Source: an uncultured Saprospiraceae bacterium
GTDB lineage: Bacteria > Bacteroidota > Bacteroidia > Chitinophagales > Saprospiraceae
Direction of reading: 5' to 3'
Assembly (NCBI GenBank): GCA_938015925.1
Contig: CALLVY010000588.1
Coordinates: forward strand, 9,046 to 73,045
Length of the DNA stretch: 64,000 bases
Positions 8,609 through 16,510 of this stretch are shown piece after piece. Positions within the stretch are counted from its first letter, which is position 1. Every line of letters begins with the position of its first letter. The notes below the pieces were generated by a model that did not search any database, was not told the origin of the DNA, and worked only from the letters and a program-made list of their open reading frames with translations. The position numbers and the translations under genes were made by a program.

Positions 8609-10368
8609 TGCCTGGAATAGTAGGATGTACCAAAAGAACGGCGTCTATCCATGAAGTGGAAAGGGCCAGAGGTCAGCTGAGATACGCGGAGTCCTACTCG
8701 AATGATTTGCTTTTTGAAGATGAGCAGATTTGTTGTACCCGTACCCACCTCAACATCATCGGCGAATCCCACTGCCCGGTAATCAATGAAACCAGAAAAA
8801 ATTATTGTTGGATCGAAGGAGAGTTTTTTAATAAAAAGGAACTAGTTAAAAATCAGCAAGCGACCAAATTTTCAGAAGCGACTCTTCTACTGGAAGCTTA
8901 CCGTAAGCAATCTTTAGAAGCCCTGCTACAAAAAATAGATGGTTATTTTACTGCAGTGATTTATGATTCGGAAAAACAAATTTTACTAATTTTCACAGAT
9001 CGATACGGATTCAAACCCATGTACCTTTGGGAAGATTCTAAAAACTTTGCTTTTTCTTCTGAGTATAAAACTTTTTTGTCTTTCGATCAATTTAAGGTAA
9101 GGATCAATAAAGAGGCTTTGGCTTGTTTTCTAAATACGGATCAAATGCTCGGCGATTTGACTTGGTTTTCTCAAGTACGGCGATTAAATGCCGCGACCAT
9201 TTGTACCTGCGATCTAAAAACCAATACCCGAACCGAAAAAAGATACTGGACTTGGGCGAAGGTTCAACAACAAGAAATTTCTTTTGCGGAAGCCAGTAAA
9301 AAAACCGCCACCTTATTCCGGGAGGCCGTAGCGAAAAGAATAGATCAAGAAAAAATTTACATTGGATTAAGTGGTGGTTTAGATTCCAAAGCCATTCTTG
9401 CGGCAGCTCCAGGCGAACCACCCCTCGGTGCCTATACTTTTGGACAAAAGGGAGCAGAAGATATTCGCATCGCAAAAAAAATTGCTCAGTTTAAAAACAT
9501 GGATCACCAGGTTTTTTTATTGAACAAAAAGAATTGGTTAGATAATCGCCTGGAAGGGGTTTGGAAAACAGAAGGCTTATTGAATTTATTTCATCTGCAC
9601 GCTGCGCCTTTTGAACAAAAAATGCAAGCACTTGGGCCAATCAATCTCAATGGTGTAGCGGGAGGTTTGATATTGGGGGGTAGGGGAATTAACAATGAAA
9701 ATCGTCGGGTGAGGGAGGCAGATGTAATCCAGGAATTTGGCGACTTCGCTCACTTACAAAAATGGGAGGACCCTTTTTATGAGGTGGAGTCTAGCGGGCC
9801 CTATTTTTTAGATGCGAGAATGAGGCGCTTTACGCAATGTGGTTTGGAAGAGTTGGGAAAAAGAGTAGAGCAAAGAGCTCCTTTTTTAGACAATGATTTA
9901 TTGGAATTTATTTTTTCGATTCCGGAGGCTTATAGAAAGGATTCACGATTATTTAGTAGCTTGTATAAAAATGAGTTTCCTGCGTTTTATAATACCCAAC
10001 CTTGGGAAGCAACAGGATTTCCTTTGGACAATAGTCGCCGTTTTTATTTTTTTGGTAGAAAAATTTTTCGAGCGGTCCGGAATAGAATTAGAAAGGGAAA
10101 TGCTTTTTCTCTGGCCAATTATGCAAATTGGTTGGAAGGGGAATTTGGGTGGATACAACGTTTACTGGAATCGCCGGAGGCATTGTATCGACAATTGACA
10201 CCGATTGATTTTTATCAGAGCTATGTGTTGCCACATCGGCAAAAAAAAGCCAATTACACATGGGAGATTGGCCGGGCAATTACCTTGGAAATTTGGTTGC
10301 AACAAGTTTTCCATAATCGCTTCAAAAATTCGAAAGAACTTTTTCAACTAAAAACAAATTTAAAATAA
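8608..10368 (+). CDS. Asparagine-synthase-family (AsnB-like) ATP-dependent amidotransferase/amide synthetase lacking the N-terminal nucleophile Cys
   Basis: PP-loop 'GLSGGLDSKA' is present. The N-terminus reads 'MPGIVGC' instead of the Ntn 'MCGI'. The start overlaps the wzx stop (TAATG at 8606-8610). Confidence 0.7.
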   Translation: MPGIVGCTKRTASIHEVERARGQLRYAESYSNDLLFEDEQICCTRTHLNIIGESHCPVINETRKNYCWIEGEFFNKKELVKNQQATKFSEATLLLEAYRKQSLEALLQKIDGYFTAVIYDSEKQILLIFTDRYGFKPMYLWEDSKNFAFSSEYKTFLSFDQFKVRINKEALACFLNTDQMLGDLTWFSQVRRLNAATICTCDLKTNTRTEKRYWTWAKVQQQEISFAEASKKTATLFREAVAKRIDQEKIYIGLSGGLDSKAILAAAPGEPPLGAYTFGQKGAEDIRIAKKIAQFKNMDHQVFLLNKKNWLDNRLEGVWKTEGLLNLFHLHAAPFEQKMQALGPINLNGVAGGLILGGRGINNENRRVREADVIQEFGDFAHLQKWEDPFYEVESSGPYFLDARMRRFTQCGLEELGKRVEQRAPFLDNDLLEFIFSIPEAYRKDSRLFSSLYKNEFPAFYNTQPWEATGFPLDNSRRFYFFGRKIFRAVRNRIRKGNAFSLANYANWLEGEFGWIQRLLESPEALYRQLTPIDFYQSYVLPHRQKKANYTWEIGRAITLEIWLQQVFHNRFKNSKELFQLKTNLK

Positions 10369-10377
10369 AACACGAAG

Positions 10378-11568
10378 GTGCAAAAAATAAAAATCCTCCA
10401 TCTCTTCAATCAATACCTCCCACAAACCGAAAACTGGAGTTACAAATTGATAAAAAATACTCCGGATGTGGACGTTTTTATTGGAGCAAAAGCTTATTTA
10501 AAAAATAATTTTTACGACCCCCAATTTAGCATAGCCGAACATCCTTTTAGCGACTTAGATCACTTGAATGCCCGTTTAGATAAAAGATACTTTTTCCAGG
10601 CGTTACAAAAAATTTGGATCAAAGGGCTAAAATTTGGTTTGGGAACTCCAGAAAAATATATTCTAAAGTTTGCGAAAGAAAAAGAGGTAGAGATTGTCCA
10701 TGCGCATTTTGCAGATGTTGCTTGGCATTTTAAAAGTATTCCGGAAAACTTGGGAAAACCATTTGTTATTTCTTTTTACGGTTGGGATTATGAGCAACTG
10801 CCGACTATCCAACCTGCGTTTCAAAAGCATTATCAGGAGTTATTCAAAAAAGCGGACTTGATTGTTTGCGAAGGAAAGCATGGCGCACAAATTTTAGAAA
10901 AAATGGCTTGTCCACCAGAGAAATTAAAAGTGATCTCTTTGGGAGTAGAACCCCAAAATATTCCCTTTCATCAACGCCACAAAGAAAAAGGAGAACTCCA
11001 TCTTTTACAGTTAGCCACCTTCAATGAAAAAAAAGGCCATATTTATTCTGTAAAGGCTTTCGCCAAAGCTTTAAGGAACTGTCCCAATATGACTTTGACT
11101 TTAATTGGCGGAGCAGGCACTGGCGGGATCAAAAAAGAAGTAGTCGATTTTATCGAAGCCAATGACCTTGGTGATAAAATAAAAATCTTAGGCCATCTGG
11201 ATTATTCACAATTGTATACTTACCTAAAAGATTTTCAGATTTTTATTCACCCCAGTTGTTATTCAAAAGATCGAGATTGTGAAGGGGGCGCACCCATTGT
11301 CATTTTGGATGCCCAGGCTACGGGGATGCCGGTGATTTCTACTTATCATTGTGATATTCCAGGAGAAGTGAAGGATGGTCAAACGGGTTTATTGGCGCCC
11401 GAAAAAGATATAGCCGAATTGGCCAGACACATCCAAAAGTTTTATGAAATGGGGGAGGAGGAATACGGTGTTTTTGCTCAGGAAGCCCGAAAGCATGTTT
11501 GCCAGTATTTCGATAGTAGCCAAAATGCAGCTCAAATGCGCGCGCTCTACGAATCTCTTTTAGAATAG
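10378..11568 (+). CDS. Glycosyltransferase family 4 (GT-B)
   Basis: C-terminal 'EGGAPIVILDAQATGMPVISTYHCDIPGEVKDGQTGLL' is the GT4 E-x7-E type nucleotide-sugar motif. GTG start. Confidence 0.7.
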   Translation: MQKIKILHLFNQYLPQTENWSYKLIKNTPDVDVFIGAKAYLKNNFYDPQFSIAEHPFSDLDHLNARLDKRYFFQALQKIWIKGLKFGLGTPEKYILKFAKEKEVEIVHAHFADVAWHFKSIPENLGKPFVISFYGWDYEQLPTIQPAFQKHYQELFKKADLIVCEGKHGAQILEKMACPPEKLKVISLGVEPQNIPFHQRHKEKGELHLLQLATFNEKKGHIYSVKAFAKALRNCPNMTLTLIGGAGTGGIKKEVVDFIEANDLGDKIKILGHLDYSQLYTYLKDFQIFIHPSCYSKDRDCEGGAPIVILDAQATGMPVISTYHCDIPGEVKDGQTGLLAPEKDIAELARHIQKFYEMGEEEYGVFAQEARKHVCQYFDSSQNAAQMRALYESLLE

Positions 11569-12489
11569 GTTTTTAAAAAAAACGATACCCCAGCGCAAGA
11601 GATATTTTCCATAAGCCATCGTTAACCAAGCTCTTTTATTGTGCTTCAAGGATTGATTGAAGTATCTCCAGGAAAGAGCGGTGCGCTTTACTTGCAAAGC
11701 ACCATTGGCATGATCCAAATATTTTTGACAAACCAAAAAATCTTCCATATGCGAAGGGACTAGGGTTTGTAGTTTTTGGCCACCTTGCTCAAAAAGATCG
11801 CGGATGGCAGACACATTATTGGCCGTCCGAGCTTCCGCCTCCTCACCTCTAAAAACACTGATGGAACCCATGTTTTCATAACGTACATAAACACAAGTAT
11901 AAGTATCCAATTGGTAAAAAGGAAATTCCAAAAGCGCTCGAACCAATAAATGCGTATCCTGAAAATGAAACCAGCGCGGATCAAAAGAGAAGGTCTGAAT
12001 AATTTTTTGGTGAAAGCAAAGGGTATGAATACCAGCCATATTTTTTAGAAAAAACAAGATTGGGTTGGAGAATTGCTCCGGATCAAAATTAGGAGTCTTG
12101 GTGAATTGTCCCTGGCGTTCTATCAACATACCCGTTCTAAAAACAGCTATTGGATAAGCCTCCTTTTTGATGCTTTGTTCCAATAACTCAAGGTGTTCCG
12201 GAAAAAAATAATCGTCGTCATCTAGAAAACAAAGGTATTGGCCTTTGGCCATTTCGATGCCTTTGTTTCTGGCGACGCTTCGTTCTTGATGTTGTTGGAA
12301 GGAATAGTGAATCCTGGGGTCTGTAAAACTTTTGACCACTTCTTGGGTATTATCTGTCGAACCATCATCTGCGATACAAATTTCCCAATCCTCACAACGT
12401 TGTTTCAGCACACTTTCAATAGCTCTCCGGAGCAGCTTCGCGCGATTAGCCGTAGGGATTATGATGGTAAAAAGTGGATTGACAGCCAT
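11560..12489 (-). CDS. Glycosyltransferase family 2
   Basis: 'FTIIIPTANRAKLLRRAIESVLKQ', 'ADDGSTDNT' and 'FLDDDDYF' (DxD). Confidence 0.75.
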   Translation of the reverse strand: MAVNPLFTIIIPTANRAKLLRRAIESVLKQRCEDWEICIADDGSTDNTQEVVKSFTDPRIHYSFQQHQERSVARNKGIEMAKGQYLCFLDDDDYFFPEHLELLEQSIKKEAYPIAVFRTGMLIERQGQFTKTPNFDPEQFSNPILFFLKNMAGIHTLCFHQKIIQTFSFDPRWFHFQDTHLLVRALLEFPFYQLDTYTCVYVRYENMGSISVFRGEEAEARTANNVSAIRDLFEQGGQKLQTLVPSHMEDFLVCQKYLDHANGALQVKRTALSWRYFNQSLKHNKRAWLTMAYGKYLLRWGIVFFKNLF

Positions 12490-12495
12490 ATTATT

Positions 12496-12503
12496 TATAT
12501 TTG
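12496..12503 (+). promoter_or_regulatory. Candidate Bacteroidota -7 promoter box (TAnnTTTG) for the 12585 gene
   Basis: 'tatatttg' lies 82 nt upstream of the ATG at 12585, in a divergent intergenic region. This is a motif match only. Confidence 0.25.
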
Positions 12504-12584
12504 AGTTTTAATCGACAGAATTAGTTACTTCCGTCAAATTACGGATACTCAAACCACAGTATTTATTTATGCGGGCCTAAATAT

Positions 12585-13754
12585 ATGCAAAAAAAACTAG
12601 CCCTAATAGAACCCCATCACCACAGCGAAGTGCTCCGCACTTTTGCTCAACTTTTCTTACATCTAGGCTGGCAAGTTAATGTCCTCACCAATCAGCAAGT
12701 GAAGGAAGATTGTTATGAATTGGAAACTGCAGTTGCGATCAAATGGTACATCCAACAAGAGGAAAAAGTACCCCAATTTATCAATCAGCAGCATTCAATC
12801 ATCAATGATTGCGATCTCGCTATCTTTGTCACCTTCCTTTCCTTAGATGGTTTGACGATCCAACTCCGCGACCTAAAACCAAAGACCATTTTGGTCATTC
12901 ACAATGGCAATACTTTTTTTGCTGCAAAGGCTAACTTTACTTTGACTAGCGTATTGGCAGGAGGACTAAAGAACGTGGCTCGATGGCTATTTTTTTACTT
13001 GCGGAATGAAAATCAAGGAAGGCAAAGATTATTAGATAGCTTTGATTTTCTAAGTTGGGCAGCTCCCTCGATGAGCGATTATTTTACCCAACAAAAACAA
13101 TTGCCAAGTCATTTTGATTTTATCCATCCATTGCCTTTTGCTTTTTTTGAGGGGCTACCGAAGGAAGAGAAAAAAGGAATAAAAATTGGAATCACCGGGA
13201 CGATAAGAGGAGAGGGGAGAGATTATAAAAAAGTATTGCTTGCCTTTCGGGAAATGGTTCCGGAATTGCAGGAGTCGGTAGAATTGACTTTTCTGGGAGG
13301 AGCACAAAGTAAATATGCCAAAGATTTGCTTAAAGCTTTTCAGGAAATTGAAAATGACTTTTTTAAGATTCGTTATGCTTCGGATTTTATTACGCAAAAA
13401 GAATTTGATAAGCAGTTGCGGGAAGTAGATTTTCTAATTTTACCCTTAAAGAAATCTTATCAACTGGGAATCATTCGCGAGGTCTACGGCCATACCAATA
13501 TCTCCGGAGGTATCAATGATATGATTCGCTTTGGAATTCCAGCATTGATTTCTCCTCACTATCCTTTAAGCCTTCCTTTGCAGGAAATGAGTGAACGCTA
13601 TGATTCTGCCAATGACCTGGCGCTTTTATTGTCAAAATGGATTAAGGGAAAAACTTTTCTGAAAATACGGGAAAAGGTTCCCGAGTTATTGGCCTCTTAT
13701 CAAAAAGAAATCTTAGCGAGACGCTTGGAGAAAGAACTAGGAACTATTTTGTAG
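12585..13754 (+). CDS. Hypothetical protein, possibly a divergent GT-B-fold glycosyltransferase
   Basis: It has a two-Rossmann-like layout ('LALIEPHHHSEVLRT...', 'IKIGITGTIRG...LTFLGG...VDFLILPL...SGGINDMIRFGIPAL'). No clear E-x7-E motif, and I do not recognise a family. Confidence 0.35.
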   Translation: MQKKLALIEPHHHSEVLRTFAQLFLHLGWQVNVLTNQQVKEDCYELETAVAIKWYIQQEEKVPQFINQQHSIINDCDLAIFVTFLSLDGLTIQLRDLKPKTILVIHNGNTFFAAKANFTLTSVLAGGLKNVARWLFFYLRNENQGRQRLLDSFDFLSWAAPSMSDYFTQQKQLPSHFDFIHPLPFAFFEGLPKEEKKGIKIGITGTIRGEGRDYKKVLLAFREMVPELQESVELTFLGGAQSKYAKDLLKAFQEIENDFFKIRYASDFITQKEFDKQLREVDFLILPLKKSYQLGIIREVYGHTNISGGINDMIRFGIPALISPHYPLSLPLQEMSERYDSANDLALLLSKWIKGKTFLKIREKVPELLASYQKEILARRLEKELGTIL

Positions 13755-14490
13755 CAATGATTTTTCCAAAGCTCAAATTCTGAAAAGAATAATCAACTTC
13801 ATGTTCGTACTTCACGATACTAAAATCATTTTTCTTCAAATGCTCAATCAGTTGCAAAGAAGTATATCCCTCTTCTGGCAAATCATGAAATTCCATAGAA
13901 ATGGTTTTGATCTTATCTAGAGTGGCCGCCTCCGAATTTAATAGAATCGGAAATTCCGCGCCTTCACAATCCACCTTTAAAAAATCAATCGTCTCCAAAT
14001 CTTGTTCCACCATAAAGTCTTTCAAGGATAGGGTAGGAATGGCCACGGGGTTCTTTTTTTGTTGGCTAAAAAAAGAATGATTAAAAGAAGGGCCTCCATA
14101 AAAAATCCGTTCTCCGCTTTGGGCATCCAATGCAATATTGAGCGATTCAATATTGGAAAAAGAATTGCGAGTTAGATTTTTTTGGAAAACAGCAAAATTA
14201 TCTTGGGAAGGTTCTAAGGAAATAATCCGAGCATCTGCTGTTAAATTTAGCGACGCAAAGAAAGAGAAAAAACCAAAATGAGCGCCAAGGTCTACAACCG
14301 TTGCCGATTGCTGCATCGGAAAATAATCGGCATATTCTCGGCGCATAAAAATAGCCACTAAGATATCGGTGGCTTCTTTATTGAGCGAATAATCCAAAGA
14401 TAGTCCCGTCCCCTCACAAATTTTGCGATGCAAATATCGGTTGACTGGGAAGATTTTTTTGACTAGGTTTTCTATTTTCTTTTGAATCAT
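13744..14490 (-). CDS. FkbM-family SAM-dependent methyltransferase
   Basis: 'VVDLGAHFGFFSFF' and 'IDFLKVDCEGAEFPIL' are FkbM signatures. The ORF track starts at a TTG at 14520. The ATG at 14490 ('MIQKKIENL') is preferred because a TAatTTTG box sits at 14526-14533, only 6 nt from the TTG. The start choice is uncertain. Confidence 0.65.
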   Translation of the reverse strand: MIQKKIENLVKKIFPVNRYLHRKICEGTGLSLDYSLNKEATDILVAIFMRREYADYFPMQQSATVVDLGAHFGFFSFFASLNLTADARIISLEPSQDNFAVFQKNLTRNSFSNIESLNIALDAQSGERIFYGGPSFNHSFFSQQKKNPVAIPTLSLKDFMVEQDLETIDFLKVDCEGAEFPILLNSEAATLDKIKTISMEFHDLPEEGYTSLQLIEHLKKNDFSIVKYEHEVDYSFQNLSFGKIIATK

Positions 14491-14525
14491 TGCTGATACA
14501 CGCTGGTCTGAATTTGTCAAAGGAC

Positions 14526-14533
14526 CAAAATTA
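14526..14533 (-). promoter_or_regulatory. Candidate -7 promoter box (TAatTTTG on the minus strand) for the FkbM-like gene
   Basis: Plus-strand 'caaaatta' gives 'taattttg' on the minus strand, ~36 nt upstream of the ATG at 14490. Motif match only. Confidence 0.25.
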
Positions 14534-14605
14534 TTAGAGCATTCCTGATCCCTTTCCCTAAAATAGTCTTTTCTTTAGCCTTGACTTTTATTTTTACTTT
14601 TATCC

Positions 14606-15565
14606 ATGTCGAATAACAAGGCACAATATAAACAATTCTGTGAAGGAGCTAAAGAACTCCCGCTTTTCCTCCAGGCCTGGTGGCTCGATCTCGTGTGTGC
14701 CAATGGCAGTTGGGAGGTCGCCCTTGCTTTTGATCAAGGTGGCCAAATCACCGGAGTTTTGCCCTATTATTTGACCAAGTCTTATGGCCTTTCTATCATC
14801 CAGATTCCTAAGTTGACGCCTTATATCGGAGTTTGGCTCTGCTATCCAGACAACCCCCAAAAACGCACCAGCAAGTATGCCTTTGAAAAGAAAGTAATGA
14901 CGGAGCTTCTTGGACAATTACCCAAAGTCAGTTTTTCCGCTCACCATCATCCGATAGCGGTTGATAATGGTCTCCCATTCTATTGGCAAGGCTACGAAAG
15001 GAACAACTGGTATACCTATCGTTTTGCCTCCGGAACACCTTTGGAGGAGATAAAAATGGGAATGAAAGCCAGTGTGCGAAATAAGATCGACAAGGCGGAG
15101 CAAAATTTGCTATTGACCGAAAGTTTTTCCGCTACAGCCTTCTATGAACTCAATAAATTAACTTTCGATCGGCAAGAAATGAAAATGCCTTATGGTTTGG
15201 AATTTTTCCAAAAACTAGATAAAGTATTGTCAGAGAAAGGACAACGTAAAATATTGATAGTGAGAGATCAAGAAGGAATAGCTCATGCAGGGATTTATCT
15301 GGTTTGGGATCAAAAAACCTTGTATAATCTGGCTTTGGGAGGAGATACGACGCTGAGGAAGAGCGGAGCGATTCAGTTATTGCTTTGGAAAGGCATACAG
15401 CTGGCGATGAAGAAAGGGTTGACTTTTGATTTTGAAGGGTCGATGATTGAGAATATTGAAGGAGTGTTTAGGGATTTTGGTGGGGAAAGGGTGCCTTATT
15501 TAAGAACGACGCGGTATGGGAGTCGATGGTGGAAGATTTTGAGTTTGATTATCAGGGGGAAATAA
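14606..15565 (+). CDS. FemAB-superfamily / GNAT-fold (Acetyltransf_6-like) protein
   Basis: The ~320-aa size and the N-terminal 'FLQAWWLDLVC...VLPYYL' and C-terminal 'GLTFDFEGS' regions resemble the FemAB/BioF2-like acyl- or aminoacyl-transferases found in EPS loci. Assigned from memory only. Confidence 0.45.
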   Translation: MSNNKAQYKQFCEGAKELPLFLQAWWLDLVCANGSWEVALAFDQGGQITGVLPYYLTKSYGLSIIQIPKLTPYIGVWLCYPDNPQKRTSKYAFEKKVMTELLGQLPKVSFSAHHHPIAVDNGLPFYWQGYERNNWYTYRFASGTPLEEIKMGMKASVRNKIDKAEQNLLLTESFSATAFYELNKLTFDRQEMKMPYGLEFFQKLDKVLSEKGQRKILIVRDQEGIAHAGIYLVWDQKTLYNLALGGDTTLRKSGAIQLLLWKGIQLAMKKGLTFDFEGSMIENIEGVFRDFGGERVPYLRTTRYGSRWWKILSLIIRGK

Positions 15566-15601
15566 TTACTTATCTTTACCCAACATAGAAATACTATAAA
15601 A

Positions 15602-16456
15602 GTGGCCAAGAAAAAGACTTTAAACGTACAAGGGATAAGCATCCAGATCGAAATCGGAGATAGCAAGGATTATATCTCTCTGACGGATATCGCGAAGCAG
15701 CGGGACGATGAAGCCCGTTTTGTGATCCGCAACTGGATGAGCAATCGAAATACCATCCAATACCTGGGGGTTTGGGAAGAACTGCACAATGAAAAGTTTA
15801 ACCGTGCGGGATTCCGCACGGTTAGAGAAGACTTCTTTGATACGGGTTCTCTGACGCCTAAAAAATGGATTGAAAACACCGATGCGATGGGAATCGAATC
15901 CCGCGCAGGTAGATATGGTGGCACCTATTCCCACAGCGATATCGCATTAAATTTTTGCTATTGGTTGAGTCCTGCTTTCCAGGTCTATTTTATTAAAGAG
16001 TTTCAACGATTGAAACAGGACGAAATGCTCCAACTCGGGCAGGAGTTTGATGTCAAACGCTTTGTATCGAAAAGTACCTTTTCTCTACTAACCTCCGCAA
16101 TCAAAGAAAACCTCGTTCCGGACGATTTATACACGAGCAAAAACGAACGAATCACTTTTGCCAGTGAAGTGGACTTATTGAATGAAGCTTTGTTTGGAAT
16201 GACTGCTAAGGAGTGGCAACAGGCCAATCCGACGAAAAAAGGAAATATGCGGGATCAGGCAAGTGTAGAAGAATTGATTGTCCTCAATGTATTGCAGGGG
16301 GTACATGCACTCTTGATTAAATGGGATACGGATAAAGCGGAGCGGAAAAGAATTCTTAAAGAAGTGGTTAGCGATTTTCTTCCCATTATTAGCGATACTC
16401 GCCTCAAGTCAGTGCGTGATTTGAAAAAGAAGATTGGGGGGAAAAAGAAAAAATAG
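15602..16456 (+). CDS. KilA-N domain-containing protein
   Basis: 'LNVQGISIQIEIGDSKDYISLTDIAK...VIRNWMSNRNTIQYLGVWEELHN.KFN' and 'GRYGGTYSHSDIALNFCYWLSPAFQVYFIKEFQRLK' match Bacteroidota KilA-N proteins. GTG start. Confidence 0.8.
   Translation: MAKKKTLNVQGISIQIEIGDSKDYISLTDIAKQRDDEARFVIRNWMSNRNTIQYLGVWEELHNEKFNRAGFRTVREDFFDTGSLTPKKWIENTDAMGIESRAGRYGGTYSHSDIALNFCYWLSPAFQVYFIKEFQRLKQDEMLQLGQEFDVKRFVSKSTFSLLTSAIKENLVPDDLYTSKNERITFASEVDLLNEALFGMTAKEWQQANPTKKGNMRDQASVEELIVLNVLQGVHALLIKWDTDKAERKRILKEVVSDFLPIISDTRLKSVRDLKKKIGGKKKK
15799..15826. repeat. Internal copy of a 28-nt palindromic sequence, inside the KilA-N CDS
   Basis: 'taaccgtgcgggattccgcacggttaga' differs at one base from 16481-16508. 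It encodes 'NRAGFRTVR'. Confidence 0.8.
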
Positions 16457-16476
16457 AGCAATTTAAATTAGGCTTA

Positions 16477-16510
16477 ATTCTAACCGTGCGGAATTCCGCA
16501 CGGTTAGAAT
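16477..16510. terminator. Perfect 34-bp palindrome, likely a bidirectional terminator between convergent KilA-N and asnB genes
   Basis: 'attctaaccgtgcggaa|ttccgcacggttagaat' forms a 15-bp stem if 'aatt' loops out. It lies 20 nt after the KilA-N stop, and its last base (16510) is the first base of the asnB stop codon. Confidence 0.6.

Noticed and set aside
15602-16456. Prophage, integrative element or defence island around the KilA-N gene
   Set aside because: No integrase, recombinase, transposase, tRNA target, capsid/terminase or recognisable defence genes are nearby. It is a single inserted gene, and only the duplicated palindrome hints at mobility.
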